Source of the DNA: Candidatus Binatia bacterium
GTDB lineage: Bacteria > Desulfobacterota > Binatia > UTPRO1
Direction: 5' to 3'
Assembly (NCBI GenBank): GCA_039917665.1
Contig: JBDSJB010000375.1
Coordinates: 1-53,936 of the forward strand
DNA: 53,936 nucleotides
Made by a program: the position numbers and the translations under genes. Shown one piece after another: positions 22,463 to 32,848 of this stretch; position 1 is the first letter of the stretch, and the number at the start of each line of letters is the position of its first letter. A model generated the notes under the pieces. That model searched no databases. It saw only the letters and a list, made by a program, of their open reading frames with translations, and was not told where the DNA came from.

Positions 22463-24265
22463 GTGCAAGATCCCCGTCTGATCAGAAACTTCTCCATCAT
22501 CGCCCACATCGACCACGGCAAGTCGACGTTGGCGGACCGGCTGCTCGAGTACACCAACACGGTCTCGAAGCGTGAGATGGAAGCCCAGCTCCTCGACGAC
22601 ATGGATCTCGAGCGCGAGCGCGGCATCACCATCAAGGCGCGCGCGGTGCGTCTCATGTACCCGGCGCGCGACGGCAAGACGTATCAGCTGAACCTCATCG
22701 ACACGCCCGGCCACGTCGACTTCTCCTACGAAGTCTCGCGCAGCCTCGCGGCCTGCGAAGGCGCCATCCTCGTGGTCGATGCGGCGCAAGGCGTCGAGGC
22801 GCAGACCGTCGCCAACGTCTATCTCGCGCTCGACAATGACCTCGCCATCGTGCCGGTGCTGAACAAGATCGACCTCCCAGCCGCCGAGCCCGATCGGGTG
22901 CGCCAGGAAATCGAGGACGTCATCGGGCTCGACGCGTCGGAAGCCGTCCTCGCAAGCGCCAAGTCGGGGCTCGGCACGGAGGACGTGCTCGAAGCCGTGA
23001 TCCGCACGATCCCGCCGCCGGCCGGCAACGCGACCGCCCCGCTCGAAGCGCTCCTCTTCGACAGCTGGTTCGACCCGTATCACGGCGCCATGATGCTGGT
23101 CCGCGTGTTCGTCGGCGTCGTGCGTCCGGGGACGCGCATTCGCTTGATGGCAACGGGCAAGGAGGCCGAGGTCAACCGCCTCGCGATCCTGAAGCCCCTC
23201 TTGACGGAGGTCGACGCGCTCGGTCCGGGCGAGGTCGGTGTCGTCATGGCCGGCCTGAAAGAGGTCGCCGACACGCAGGTCGGCGACACGATGACCGAGG
23301 CGGATCGGCCGGCCGCGACGCCGCTCCCCGGGTTCAAAGCAGTGCAGCCGATGGTCTTCGCCGGCCTCTATCCGTCCGAGTCGCACCAGTACGGCGCGAT
23401 GCGCGACGCGATCGAGAAGCTCAAGCTCAACGACTCGTCGCTGACGTACGAGGCCGAGAGCTCGATCGCGCTCGGCTTCGGGTTTCGCTGTGGCTTCCTC
23501 GGGTTGCTGCACATGGAGATCGTGCAGGAGCGGCTCGAGCGCGAGTTCGGCCTCACCCTCATCACGACCGCACCGACGGTGGCCTACCACGTCCACACGA
23601 CCGACAATCGAACACTCGTCGTCGACAGCCCCGCCAAGCTTCCGCCGGAAGGCGAGATCGCGAGCATGGACGAGCCGTTCATTCTCGCGAGCATCCATCT
23701 GCCGACCGAGCACCTCGGCAACGTCATCGCGCTCTGCGAGGAGAAGCGCGGCAAGCAGGTCGAGCTGCGCTACGCCGGCGAGAAGCGCGCGCTGCTGCTC
23801 TACGAGCTCCCGCTCAACGAGATCGTCCTCGACTTCTACGATCGCTTGAAATCGGCGAGCCGCGGGTATGCCTCGCTCGACTACGAACCCCTCGACTTCC
23901 GCCCCTCGACGCTCGTGAAGCTCGACGTTCGCATCAACGGCGAGCTCGTCGACGCGCTTTCGGTGATCCTGCACAGCGAGCGAGCCTACTTTCGCGGGCG
24001 TGAGCTGACGTCCAAGATGCGCGAGCTCGTCCCGCGTCAGATGTTCGAGGTCGTGATCCAGGCCGCGATCGGCGCCAAGATCATCGCGCGCGAAACCGTG
24101 AAGGCCCTTCGCAAGAACGTCACCGCGAAATGCTACGGCGGCGACATCTCCCGAAAGCGGAAGCTGCTGGAGCGTCAAAAAGAAGGCAAGCGGCGGATGA
24201 AACAAGTCGGCCGGGTCGAGATTCCGCAGGAAGCATTCCTCGCCGTCCTCAAGGTCGGCGATTGA
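22463..24265 (+). CDS. lepA: Translation elongation factor 4 (LepA)
   Basis: [63 protein letters not shown]. Confidence 0.98.
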   Translation: MQDPRLIRNFSIIAHIDHGKSTLADRLLEYTNTVSKREMEAQLLDDMDLERERGITIKARAVRLMYPARDGKTYQLNLIDTPGHVDFSYEVSRSLAACEGAILVVDAAQGVEAQTVANVYLALDNDLAIVPVLNKIDLPAAEPDRVRQEIEDVIGLDASEAVLASAKSGLGTEDVLEAVIRTIPPPAGNATAPLEALLFDSWFDPYHGAMMLVRVFVGVVRPGTRIRLMATGKEAEVNRLAILKPLLTEVDALGPGEVGVVMAGLKEVADTQVGDTMTEADRPAATPLPGFKAVQPMVFAGLYPSESHQYGAMRDAIEKLKLNDSSLTYEAESSIALGFGFRCGFLGLLHMEIVQERLEREFGLTLITTAPTVAYHVHTTDNRTLVVDSPAKLPPEGEIASMDEPFILASIHLPTEHLGNVIALCEEKRGKQVELRYAGEKRALLLYELPLNEIVLDFYDRLKSASRGYASLDYEPLDFRPSTLVKLDVRINGELVDALSVILHSERAYFRGRELTSKMRELVPRQMFEVVIQAAIGAKIIARETVKALRKNVTAKCYGGDISRKRKLLERQKEGKRRMKQVGRVEIPQEAFLAVLKVGD

Positions 24266-24302
24266 CGACCCTGGCTGGCAGCGCGCGACCGGTTCCCCTA
24301 TC

Positions 24303-24992
24303 ATGCCGCGCGTGACGAAGGGCCGTGGTGGCGTCGCCGGCGAGGCGGAGGACGAAACAACGGGGCCGGTGAGCCGCTCGACGGTCAAGGCGAAGTCGAC
24401 TGTCCGGGAGTACGCCGAGGCCCTCGCCGTCGCGTTCATCCTGGCCCTCTTCATCCGCACCTTCCTGGTGCAGGCTTTCAAGATCCCGTCGGGCTCGATG
24501 CTCGAGACGCTCCAGATCGGCGATCACATCCTGGTGAACAAGCTACGCTACGGCATCCGCATTCCGGTCGTCGGGAAGCGCATTCTCAAATTCCAAGATC
24601 CCCGCCGCGGCGACGTCATCGTGTTCGTCTATCCCGTCGATCCGAGCAAGGACTTCATCAAGCGCGTCGTCGGCGAGCCCGGCGACACCGTCGAGGTGAA
24701 GCACAAGCACGTCATGATCAACGGGCAGCCGATCGAAGACCCGCACGGGCAGTTCGTCGAAGGGCCGGGAGAGAACAGCCGCCTCACGCCGCGTGACAAC
24801 TACGGACCGGTCACGGTCCCGGCCGATCACGTCTTCGTGATGGGCGACAACCGCGACCGCAGCTACGACAGCCGCTTCTGGGGCTTCGTGCCGCTCGACG
24901 ACGTCCGCGGCAAGGCCTTCGTCATCTACTGGTCGTGGGACGGCGAGGACCGCTGGGTTCGGTGGGAGCGGATCGGCGACGTGATCCACTGA
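24303..24992 (+). CDS. lepB: Signal peptidase I (start 24303 or GTG 24312)
   Basis: QAFKIPSGSM catalytic Ser, FIKRVVGEPGD catalytic Lys, MGDNRDRSYDSRFWG; follows lepA. Confidence 0.96.
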   Translation: MPRVTKGRGGVAGEAEDETTGPVSRSTVKAKSTVREYAEALAVAFILALFIRTFLVQAFKIPSGSMLETLQIGDHILVNKLRYGIRIPVVGKRILKFQDPRRGDVIVFVYPVDPSKDFIKRVVGEPGDTVEVKHKHVMINGQPIEDPHGQFVEGPGENSRLTPRDNYGPVTVPADHVFVMGDNRDRSYDSRFWGFVPLDDVRGKAFVIYWSWDGEDRWVRWERIGDVIH

Positions 24993-25013
24993 CGGAGCGA
25001 CGCGGTCGCCCCG

Positions 25014-26537
25014 ATGAGCTCGGAACCCGCGCGTAGTCCGATCCCGAGCGGCCCGACCACCCCGTGGCCGTGGGCCGCGTTGGCAGGCGCGCTGCTCGTG
25101 TTGGTCGGGTTGCAGCTCGCGACCCCGAATCTGGTCGGGAACGACTCGTACTTCCACATCAAGTACGCCGAGGTGATGCGGCAGGCCGGCGTACGCGGGT
25201 TTCCACCGGCGTTTCCGTGGCTGCCGCTCACGATCCTCGCGCCCGACCGCTACGCGGATCACCATCTGCTATACCACGTGCTGCTGACGCCCTTCACGCT
25301 CGGCGACCTCCGCATCGGCGGCAAGATCGCGGCGGTGGCGGGAGCCTTCGCGATGGTCCTGGCGTTCGTGTGGGTCCTGCGACGGGAAGGGGTCGTGCCG
25401 CTCGGGTTTGCCGTCCTCGCGCTCGGGGCCTCGTCCGCCGATCTGTTGTTCCGCTTGAGCATGACGCGCGTGCAGGCGTTCTCACTCGTCTGCTTGCTCG
25501 TCGGCTTCCATCTCGCGCTCGCCCACCGCCACGTCGCGCTCGCCGTGCTCGCCTGCGTCTATGCCTGGCTCTACGACGGGTTTCCGCTGCTGTTCGTGCC
25601 GATCGGGGCGGTGATCGCCGCGGAGATCGTGACCGAGCGGCGCCTCCGACCCGGCATCGTCGTCGCAGCGGCCGTCGGCATGGCCGTCGGCCTCGTCGTG
25701 AATCCCTATTTTCCGGACTACCTGACGTTCATGTGGCAGCACATGGGCGACAAGCTCGTGGAACGCGAGCCGCTGCGGGTCGGCAAAGAGTGGGCGCCGT
25801 ACGACCCGCTCGGCCTCCTCGCGAATGCCGCGGCCTCGATGGCATTCATGGCGTACGGCGTCGCGGTGCTGGGTGAGGGGCGCTGGAAGAAGGAGCGTGC
25901 CGCGCTCGCCGCCCTCGGGGTCGCCGTCGTGTTCTTTGCGTTGTTGCTTCGGTCGCAGCGCTTCGTCGAGTATTTCGCCCCGCTCGCGACGTTCTTCGTC
26001 GCGCTCGCCGGTGGCGGCACGATCGCCGCGCTCGACCGCACCCGCCAGCGCGTGCTTGCGCTCCTCCTGACGGCGGTGCTCGTCGCGAACGTCGTCGGCA
26101 TCGGCTCGATGCTGGCGCGGCGGGGCAGCAAGACGCCCTACGATCGCTACGCCGCGGCCGCGGAGCTCGTCGCGCGCGAAGCACCGCCGGGGGCGATGCT
26201 CTGCACGACCGACTGGGACGATTTTCCGTGGCTCTATTTCTACAACGTCGAAAGCACGTACTTGATCGGCCTCGACCCGACGTACCTCCGCAATCGCTTT
26301 CGCGAGGCCTACTGGGCATGGGTCGATGCCTCACTCGGCAAGATGCCGCGACCGTCCGACGTGTTCGCGCGCCGGCTGCCGTGCGCGTACGTGATGAGCG
26401 ATCGCGATCACGGCGGTTTTCTCGACCTCGCCGCAACCGATCCATTGCTCGAACAGATTCTGACGAACGACCAGCTGGTGCTTTTTCGCGTCAAGCGCGA
26501 CGGCCCGCCGCCGCTGCATCCCACCAGCCCCGAGTAG
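25014..26537 (+). CDS. Polytopic membrane protein, putative GT-C glycosyltransferase with STT3/AglB-like motifs
   Basis: GNDSYFHIKYA after TM1, about 11-13 TMs, VGKEW, QRFVEYF, and TDWDDFP in the C-terminal soluble domain. Confidence 0.65.
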   Translation: MSSEPARSPIPSGPTTPWPWAALAGALLVLVGLQLATPNLVGNDSYFHIKYAEVMRQAGVRGFPPAFPWLPLTILAPDRYADHHLLYHVLLTPFTLGDLRIGGKIAAVAGAFAMVLAFVWVLRREGVVPLGFAVLALGASSADLLFRLSMTRVQAFSLVCLLVGFHLALAHRHVALAVLACVYAWLYDGFPLLFVPIGAVIAAEIVTERRLRPGIVVAAAVGMAVGLVVNPYFPDYLTFMWQHMGDKLVEREPLRVGKEWAPYDPLGLLANAAASMAFMAYGVAVLGEGRWKKERAALAALGVAVVFFALLLRSQRFVEYFAPLATFFVALAGGGTIAALDRTRQRVLALLLTAVLVANVVGIGSMLARRGSKTPYDRYAAAAELVAREAPPGAMLCTTDWDDFPWLYFYNVESTYLIGLDPTYLRNRFREAYWAWVDASLGKMPRPSDVFARRLPCAYVMSDRDHGGFLDLAATDPLLEQILTNDQLVLFRVKRDGPPPLHPTSPE

Positions 26538-26753
26538 CAGCGGTTACGACAAGCTGCGTCACACGCGCGGAATAGTCTTCACCGTCCCGTCGATTGCGTC
26601 CAACGACGTGCTGGGCTATCGACGAACGTCAACGTTCCGATGGCGATCGTACGTCGATGCGCGTCGGTGAGATGAAGCTGCGGGGGTCGATCTACCGAGG
26701 CGTCGCACGCGTAACTCGAACGACGACCACCCGAACCACCAAGGAGGATGTCC

Positions 26754-28019
26754 ATGCAACGACAGACGACGCGCATCGTCGGAGCCGCGCTCGGCGCCGT
26801 GCTCATGTTGAGCGGTCTCGCCACCGCTGACGTGCAAGTCGGGGACAAGATCACCCCGGCCAACGCCGACAAGGTCAAAGATCTCGTTTCGCCCGCGATG
26901 TACTGGCTGGTCCAAAAGGGCTGGCCGATGACCATCGCCGACACCCAGAAGATTCAGCTTCGCAAGGCCTTCGTGGAAGCGACTGAGAAATACTCGTCGC
27001 AGGTGAAGATGAGCCCCGATGGTCTCAAGCTCGAAGGCTACGTGGCCGGCCGACCGTTCCCGCGCATCGACACCAAGGATCCATTGGTCGCGATGAAGAT
27101 CATGCAAAACTATCGGTTCGCGATCGCCTTCGACGACCTCGACCTCCGGAACTTCGATGCCGATACGGGTCCGATCTCGACCGAACGACCGCTCCAAGTC
27201 GAGCGGCACTTCCTGGTCGACCATTTCCGGCGGCTCTTCTACGTCGCCCGCCTCTACGTCGACCCCAAACCCGAGATCCCGAACAAGGAAGGCTACGAGT
27301 ACAAAGAGACCTTGCACCCTCTCATCGAACCGTTCGATCTGAAGGGCGTCGGCTTCACCTATTACCGTTATCTCGATCCCGGCAAGCAGGATGACAGCTG
27401 GCTTTACTTGCCCTCGCTCCGCCGCGTTCGCCGCTTGTCCACCGCGCAACGCTCCGATGCGCTCTTCGGTCAGGACACCGATCAGGACAGCTACGGCGGT
27501 TACGCCGGCGCGCTCGCATGGATGGACTGGAAGTTTCTGGGCGAGAAGCCAGTCTTGGGCGCATTCCACAGCGACCACTTCCCGGTGAAATGGGCGGATG
27601 GTGCCGCCGACTTCGCGTTCGACGACAAGTGGGAGAAGCGCGACGTCTACATCGTCGAAGGCGTCTCGAAGCTTCCCCAATACGCGTTCTCGAAGCGCGT
27701 GCTGTACATTGACAAGGACGTCTACGCGATCGCCTACGCCGACATGTACGATCGCTCGGGTGAGCTCTGGAAGATCTGGGTCAACAACTTCTCGTGGCGG
27801 AAAGAGGCTTTCCCTGGGTCTCCGGTGAAGTACGAAGAGGACACCCCGTTCCCCTCGGCCGCCGTGATGGTCGACATCCAGCTCGAGCACGCTACCAAGG
27901 CCGCGCTCCCGAGCGCGCGCTTCCCTGGTGAGCCCGGCTGGTATTGGTCGATGGGTGATAAAGAGGGGACCTCCGAGGACATGTTCACGATCGCCGAGCT
28001 CATCGGCTCTGGCCACTGA
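26754..28019 (+). CDS. DUF1329 family exported protein (LolA-like C-terminal region)
   Basis: AAGGAGG SD; signal peptide; ITPANADKVKDL, GRPFP, DDSWLYLPSLRRVRRLS, YDRSGELWK characteristic of DUF1329. Confidence 0.85.
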   Translation: MQRQTTRIVGAALGAVLMLSGLATADVQVGDKITPANADKVKDLVSPAMYWLVQKGWPMTIADTQKIQLRKAFVEATEKYSSQVKMSPDGLKLEGYVAGRPFPRIDTKDPLVAMKIMQNYRFAIAFDDLDLRNFDADTGPISTERPLQVERHFLVDHFRRLFYVARLYVDPKPEIPNKEGYEYKETLHPLIEPFDLKGVGFTYYRYLDPGKQDDSWLYLPSLRRVRRLSTAQRSDALFGQDTDQDSYGGYAGALAWMDWKFLGEKPVLGAFHSDHFPVKWADGAADFAFDDKWEKRDVYIVEGVSKLPQYAFSKRVLYIDKDVYAIAYADMYDRSGELWKIWVNNFSWRKEAFPGSPVKYEEDTPFPSAAVMVDIQLEHATKAALPSARFPGEPGWYWSMGDKEGTSEDMFTIAELIGSGH

Positions 28020-28043
28020 TTCGATCCAACCTCAGCTGAATTG

Positions 28044-28085
28044 CGCCGGCCCCGAGCTCGACTCGGGGCCGGCGTTTTCGTTTCT
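28044..28085 (+). terminator. Rho-independent terminator after DUF1329 gene
   Basis: Perfect 13-bp stem CGCCGGCCCCGAG / CTCGGGGCCGGCG, 5-nt loop, followed by TTTTCGTTTCT. Confidence 0.85.
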
Positions 28086-28098
28086 GGTGGTCGAGCGT

Positions 28099-28815
28099 TC
28101 AGGTCGCCCAGAGCTTCTCGAGCGCTGCCGCCACCTTCTCGGGCTGGGCCACGGGCCACCAATGGCCGCCGTCGACCTCCAGAAGGTCGCCGTGGATGCG
28201 CGCGGCGAGCCGCGCACCGAACCGGCGATCGACGAACGGATCGTCGACCGGCCACACGACGAGCGCCGGACAGCGGACGGCATCGAGATCGGGTGCCCAG
28301 CGCTGGTTCACATTGACGGCGCTACGGTAGAGCTTCAGGATCGTGCTGCGCATGCGATCGTCGATGCGCGCCACCGTCTCTGTCGCGGACGCTCGCGAAA
28401 CACCACCGGCGATCAGAGCCTCGATCGCCGGCTCGCCACCGAAGATCGTCATCAGCTGCTCGCCGATCTCCGGCGTCTGCCAGAGCACCGCCGTCTCGTG
28501 CCACTGATATTCGAGGTCGAGCGGACCGCTACCGGCCGCGAGCGTCCGCACGAGATCGGGCCGCACCGAGGCGATGCGGAGCACCAGGATCGACCCCCAA
28601 TCGTGACCGACCAGGTCGACCGGCGCTCCCAGCTTGGCGATGTCGGCGACCAACCAGTCGACGTACTCGTCGCACGTCGCACCGAACCCAGCGGGCAGCG
28701 GGGTGCCGAACCCTGGCAGCGTTGGCGTCACGATGTCGGTGCGTCGGAGCTGGCGCCGAATCGGCTCCCAGATCGAGGGCGAGTCCGGAACTCCGTGTAC
28801 GAGGTAAGCGGGCAT
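28099..28815 (-). CDS. Alpha/beta hydrolase (epoxide hydrolase/dehalogenase-like)
   Basis: HGVP oxyanion motif, LPGFG, VGHDWG Asp nucleophile, GGHW catalytic His. Confidence 0.88.
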   Translation of the reverse strand: MPAYLVHGVPDSPSIWEPIRRQLRRTDIVTPTLPGFGTPLPAGFGATCDEYVDWLVADIAKLGAPVDLVGHDWGSILVLRIASVRPDLVRTLAAGSGPLDLEYQWHETAVLWQTPEIGEQLMTIFGGEPAIEALIAGGVSRASATETVARIDDRMRSTILKLYRSAVNVNQRWAPDLDAVRCPALVVWPVDDPFVDRRFGARLAARIHGDLLEVDGGHWWPVAQPEKVAAALEKLWAT

Positions 28816-28841
28816 GTGCCGCCTATAGCAATCGAGGTCGG

Positions 28842-29792
28842 TCAGCGCACGGCGGGTCGGCCGAGCGTCCCGCCGAGCGCGATCCGGCGCGCGCCACCGG
28901 CGCCGCTGCTACCGGGCAGCATGTTGACGACCATCTTCAGCCCGTCGGTGGCCCCGGCGTCCGGCGTGATGGTGAGGTCGAGGCTGAGCACGCTCGAGTC
29001 GAGCGGATCGCGAAGCAGAACGGTGCCCTCACCGCGGAGATCCAGCTCCTGACCGTCGGCCACGAGCTCGCTGATCTCGAGGCGACCGTTCTTGACGATG
29101 CCGATCAGGTGCACGTCTCCGAAGTGCAGGTCCGGCACGGTGATCCCACGCACCTTCGCCCCTTCGAGCGCGAGCCCGGGAATCTTGAGCGCGACCGTAC
29201 CCGTCGCCGCCGCGGGACCGCGACCGCCACCGTCGAGCGCCACCGTGCCCTCGACGTGTCCACGTACGACGCCGTCGACCCACGGCCGGAGCCCGGTGTA
29301 GCGCGACAGATCCAGGCCCTCGAGCGCGGCGTCCACGCGAAAGCTCGCGGGACGCGGGTCGACCGTGGCACGGATCGATCCGCCATAGAGCGCCGCACCG
29401 ATGCCGAGCGGAAAGGGGTTCCCGAAGAGCAGCCCCAGCCGCGACGGCGAGAAGCGCAGAGCCTCCGCGAGAAGCAGTGGCTCGGCGTCGTCGGCCTTGC
29501 CGCGAATCCGCAGTGACTCGATGCCGTACCCGAGGCTCCAGCCGAGACTTCCCGGACCCGTCTCGATCCGGAACGGGCTGCTCGCCGTCGCCGTGCGGAG
29601 GGCCCGTTGCAGCAGTAGGTCATGAGGGAACGTCGCGATGAAACACAGCACGAACAGCAGCAGGGTGTAGCCCGCGTAGGCGACGAGGCTCCGGCGGCTT
29701 CCGCCGGTGCGACCATCGAAGACGGACGTCAAGCCACGCGCGCGGGCCCGCACCCGCTCGAGCGTGCTCGCGCCGGCCGCGGCGGTCGTCAT
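28842..29792 (-). CDS. gspN: Type II secretion system protein GspN
   Basis: Single N-terminal TM followed by TFP, beta-rich body, GGTLGRP C-terminus; last gene of gsp cluster. Confidence 0.8.
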   Translation of the reverse strand: MTTAAAGASTLERVRARARGLTSVFDGRTGGSRRSLVAYAGYTLLLFVLCFIATFPHDLLLQRALRTATASSPFRIETGPGSLGWSLGYGIESLRIRGKADDAEPLLLAEALRFSPSRLGLLFGNPFPLGIGAALYGGSIRATVDPRPASFRVDAALEGLDLSRYTGLRPWVDGVVRGHVEGTVALDGGGRGPAAATGTVALKIPGLALEGAKVRGITVPDLHFGDVHLIGIVKNGRLEISELVADGQELDLRGEGTVLLRDPLDSSVLSLDLTITPDAGATDGLKMVVNMLPGSSGAGGARRIALGGTLGRPAVR

Positions 29793-30367
29793 GGAGCGCT
29801 GCTCGTCGCCGGCCGCAGACGACCCACCACCATCGTCGCGTCGTAGACGTAGGGCTGATCGAAGCGCTTCTTCATCTGAATCCGGCTGACGAGGAGCGGC
29901 AGCTCGGTCTTCTCGACGCGGTAGAGGAGGGCCACGAGCTCGCGCAGCGACACGCCAGACAACCGCATCTCGACGTCCTCTTCCTGGAGGTCCTCGGCCA
30001 CGGTGCGGGTCGAGGGATTCATCGCCGCGATCCGGTCGCGCGCGACCACGTCCCGCGTCACCCCTTCGAGGTGCGAGAACAACGAGAACTCCGTACCGCC
30101 ACGCTCGAGCTTCCGCCGCACGACGTCGCGCTCGGCGTGGAGCTGCAGGTAGCGGTCACGCAGACGCACCATCTCGCCGAGATCGCGCTCGCTCGCCACG
30201 ATCTGCGCCTGGAGGGTCGCCCGCCGCTCGGCGAGGGACCCCGCCAACGCCCAGATCAACACGACGACTGCGGCGGCGACGCCGACGCCCACCAAAAGGC
30301 GCTCACGCGGCGAAAGCCGTTCGACGAGCTCGGAGAGACGCCGGAGAAGATCGTTCAGCGCGCTCAC
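29789..30367 (-). CDS. gspM: Type II secretion system protein GspM
   Basis: LSPRERLL + TM + coiled coil + ferredoxin-like C-terminus; position after gspL. Confidence 0.82.
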   Translation of the reverse strand: MSALNDLLRRLSELVERLSPRERLLVGVGVAAAVVVLIWALAGSLAERRATLQAQIVASERDLGEMVRLRDRYLQLHAERDVVRRKLERGGTEFSLFSHLEGVTRDVVARDRIAAMNPSTRTVAEDLQEEDVEMRLSGVSLRELVALLYRVEKTELPLLVSRIQMKKRFDQPYVYDATMVVGRLRPATSSAP

Positions 30368-31800
30368 GAATCACCCCCGCCGACTTCCAGGCTGAGCCGA
30401 AAGTCGACCCGCTGGCCGTCGACCGACGCCCGTACGTCCTTGGTCTCGACGTTCCGAAACTCCGGCCGTGCCGCCAGACCGCGTTTCAGCGCCTCGACGT
30501 TCTCGTAACTCTGGGTCGAGCCCCGGACGCGCAACGTCTCTCCGTCGAGTGAGAGCTCGTCGATGTCGAGCGGCACCTCGCGTGGCACGGCGGTCGTGAG
30601 CGCACGCAGGCAGTCCACGGCACGCGGGGCCGACGGCGCGAGGCCGCCATACAGCTTCCGTTGCTTCTCCAGGGCGGCGATCTCGCTCTGCAGCTGGGCC
30701 TTCTCGTTCACCACGTTCCGGACGGCAGGGAGGGCACTGGAGAAGATCGAGCGGATCTCGGCACGAAACCCGTCCCGCCGCGCTTCCAGCTGCCGCGCGT
30801 CGAAGAAGAAGCTCACGACCATGAGGACGAGCGCGGCGACGGCCAACATCCCGGCGCGGGAGAGGCCGCGCCAGAGCGCCTCACGCTCGCGATGATACGC
30901 GAACTCGCCCCGCCGGAGATCGACTCCGAACGGAGCGGCCTCACCGGTCTGGCGGAGCGCCAAGCCGAGCGGCGTCGCAAACGCCGCTTGCTTGCCGCGG
31001 AGTCCGACCGGCACCGCGGCGAGCGCCAAGGTGTCGAGGCTCTGCGGCGTCGTCCCGAGCGTGCGGCCGAGCGCCGCGATCGCGCCCGGCGTGTCCGCGG
31101 CATCCCCCCCGACCCAGAGAGTGGAGAGCGCCTCGCCGTCGGCGAGCGCCAAGAGCGTCCAGCGAATCTCGCGTAGGCAGCGTTCGAGATCCCCGTTGCC
31201 GAGGCCCACGCTGAGCACCCGCAGGCCGGTCAACCGACCGTCGGCGAGCAGCGCCACCGTCGTGCGTTCGGCATCGAGGCCGACGAACGCCAGCCGTCCC
31301 GGACGTCCCGCGGCGGCTTCGCGCACGACGTTCAAGGCGGCGAGGCTCGCCAAGTCCACGAGACGCGGATCGACGCCAGCCTCGGCGAGCGCGGCCAGGT
31401 GCTCGCGTACGGCGACCTTCGACGCCGAGACCGCAAGCACGTGGCTGATGCCGTCCGTCCGCGTGCCTAGCACCTGATAGTCGATCACCGTGTCGTCGAG
31501 CTCGAAGGGCAAATGCGACTCGAGCTCGAATGGCACCGTCTGATCGAGGCGCTTTCGATCGTGGAAGGGCAGCTCGAGGATGCGGTGCGTAGCGGTGTCG
31601 CCCGGGAGCGCCGACACGACCTCGTCCCAGGCGATCCCGTACTGCACGGCGAGCGCGCGCAGATCGGCCGCCAGGTCGCCGCCCGCCCCGCGGGGATGGG
31701 CGTACAGGCCGAGGATGCGTTGGCTCCGCAACGTCCGCTCCACCAAGGCAGCCCGGAGCATCTGCGGGCCGATGTCGAGCGCGAGCGTGTGATTCGGCAT
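30364..31800 (-). CDS. gspL: Type II secretion system protein GspL (PilM-like actin-fold + TM + PilN-like domain)
   Basis: LALDIG, LELPF...VPFELESHLPF, DLRRGEFAY, TM, periplasmic domain. Confidence 0.85.
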   Translation of the reverse strand: MPNHTLALDIGPQMLRAALVERTLRSQRILGLYAHPRGAGGDLAADLRALAVQYGIAWDEVVSALPGDTATHRILELPFHDRKRLDQTVPFELESHLPFELDDTVIDYQVLGTRTDGISHVLAVSASKVAVREHLAALAEAGVDPRLVDLASLAALNVVREAAAGRPGRLAFVGLDAERTTVALLADGRLTGLRVLSVGLGNGDLERCLREIRWTLLALADGEALSTLWVGGDAADTPGAIAALGRTLGTTPQSLDTLALAAVPVGLRGKQAAFATPLGLALRQTGEAAPFGVDLRRGEFAYHREREALWRGLSRAGMLAVAALVLMVVSFFFDARQLEARRDGFRAEIRSIFSSALPAVRNVVNEKAQLQSEIAALEKQRKLYGGLAPSAPRAVDCLRALTTAVPREVPLDIDELSLDGETLRVRGSTQSYENVEALKRGLAARPEFRNVETKDVRASVDGQRVDFRLSLEVGGGDS

Positions 31801-31804
31801 CCGG

Positions 31805-32848
31805 TCAGCTGTCGCCGAGCAACGGCAACGTGGCGAGAAAATCGGAAGGGGGTTGGGATGTCAAGGCGAGCGTCGTGCTGCTGGGAGTCCAGGTGATGCG
31901 TTGCAGCCGCTTGCTGTCGCGGCGGACGACCTCGATGACCCCGCGCCGGACGTCGCCGATCTCGCCGACGGCCTCGATCCGGAAGTAGGGGCTGTCGGTG
32001 TCGATCAGCTCCCTGCCGTCGCCGAGCGCCTCCGAGAGCCCCGTCACGCTCTTGAGTGCCTCGCCCGCGCCGTCGAAGGGCGCGGTTTCGCGGGTCGCGA
32101 TCAGGCGATCGACGACACCCGGGTCGGCGAGCATGCCGTCCGAGAGCGCATACAGCACCTCGGCGGGGGCGGTGTTGATGTTCACGCGGAGCTCCTTCGA
32201 GTTCGGGAGGACGGTCACGAATCCTTCGAGACGCGCGAGGATCGTCGGCGTCACGCCGCGGACCAACAGCAGCTCGCGCAACGTGAGCAGCGGTCCGTTC
32301 CGCACGATCGTCGGCGTCGTCAGGCCGAGATAGTAGGGCTGCTCGGCACCCGGCGGCGTCACGATCGGCGCCGAATCACTGTCGACCCAGTCGATGGCCG
32401 CCATCAGAATGCGCTCATCCACGCCGAGGACCTTGAAGAGGCGCCGGAAAACGGCGACGCGGTCCTGCCGGACGGTGCCGGCGCTCACGATGTCGTTGAA
32501 GTTGAGAAACCGCGCTTCGTCGCGCACCCGGAACGCGACCGAGCCGTCGCCGATCGGCAGCGGCGGGAACGGCCGCGCCCAATAGTCGGAGGCGCTGTCG
32601 TTACCGGGGCTGATCTGACCGTCGAGGCTGACCAGCGCCTCGGCCACGTTCACACCCGAGCGGGCGAGGTACGTCGCCTGCAATGCGTTCCGCGCGCTGA
32701 GTGCCAAGTGCGTCTCGACCTGGGCCGTGTCGGTGAACTCGATCACGACGATCGTGAGGAGCGTGATCGCCAGCAGTACGACCAAGAGCGCGAAGCCGGA
32801 TTCCTTCTCGCGTCTGCCTGAGCCGCGTGCGCCCTCGAACGCGCTCAT
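31805..32848 (-). CDS. gspK: T2SS minor pseudopilin GspK
   Basis: ATG at 32848 overlaps gspJ stop; SG/FALLVVL prepilin site, QATYLARSG, AIDWVDSD, ELLLVRG, VNINTAP. Confidence 0.9.
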   Translation of the reverse strand: MSAFEGARGSGRREKESGFALLVVLLAITLLTIVVIEFTDTAQVETHLALSARNALQATYLARSGVNVAEALVSLDGQISPGNDSASDYWARPFPPLPIGDGSVAFRVRDEARFLNFNDIVSAGTVRQDRVAVFRRLFKVLGVDERILMAAIDWVDSDSAPIVTPPGAEQPYYLGLTTPTIVRNGPLLTLRELLLVRGVTPTILARLEGFVTVLPNSKELRVNINTAPAEVLYALSDGMLADPGVVDRLIATRETAPFDGAGEALKSVTGLSEALGDGRELIDTDSPYFRIEAVGEIGDVRRGVIEVVRRDSKRLQRITWTPSSTTLALTSQPPSDFLATLPLLGDS

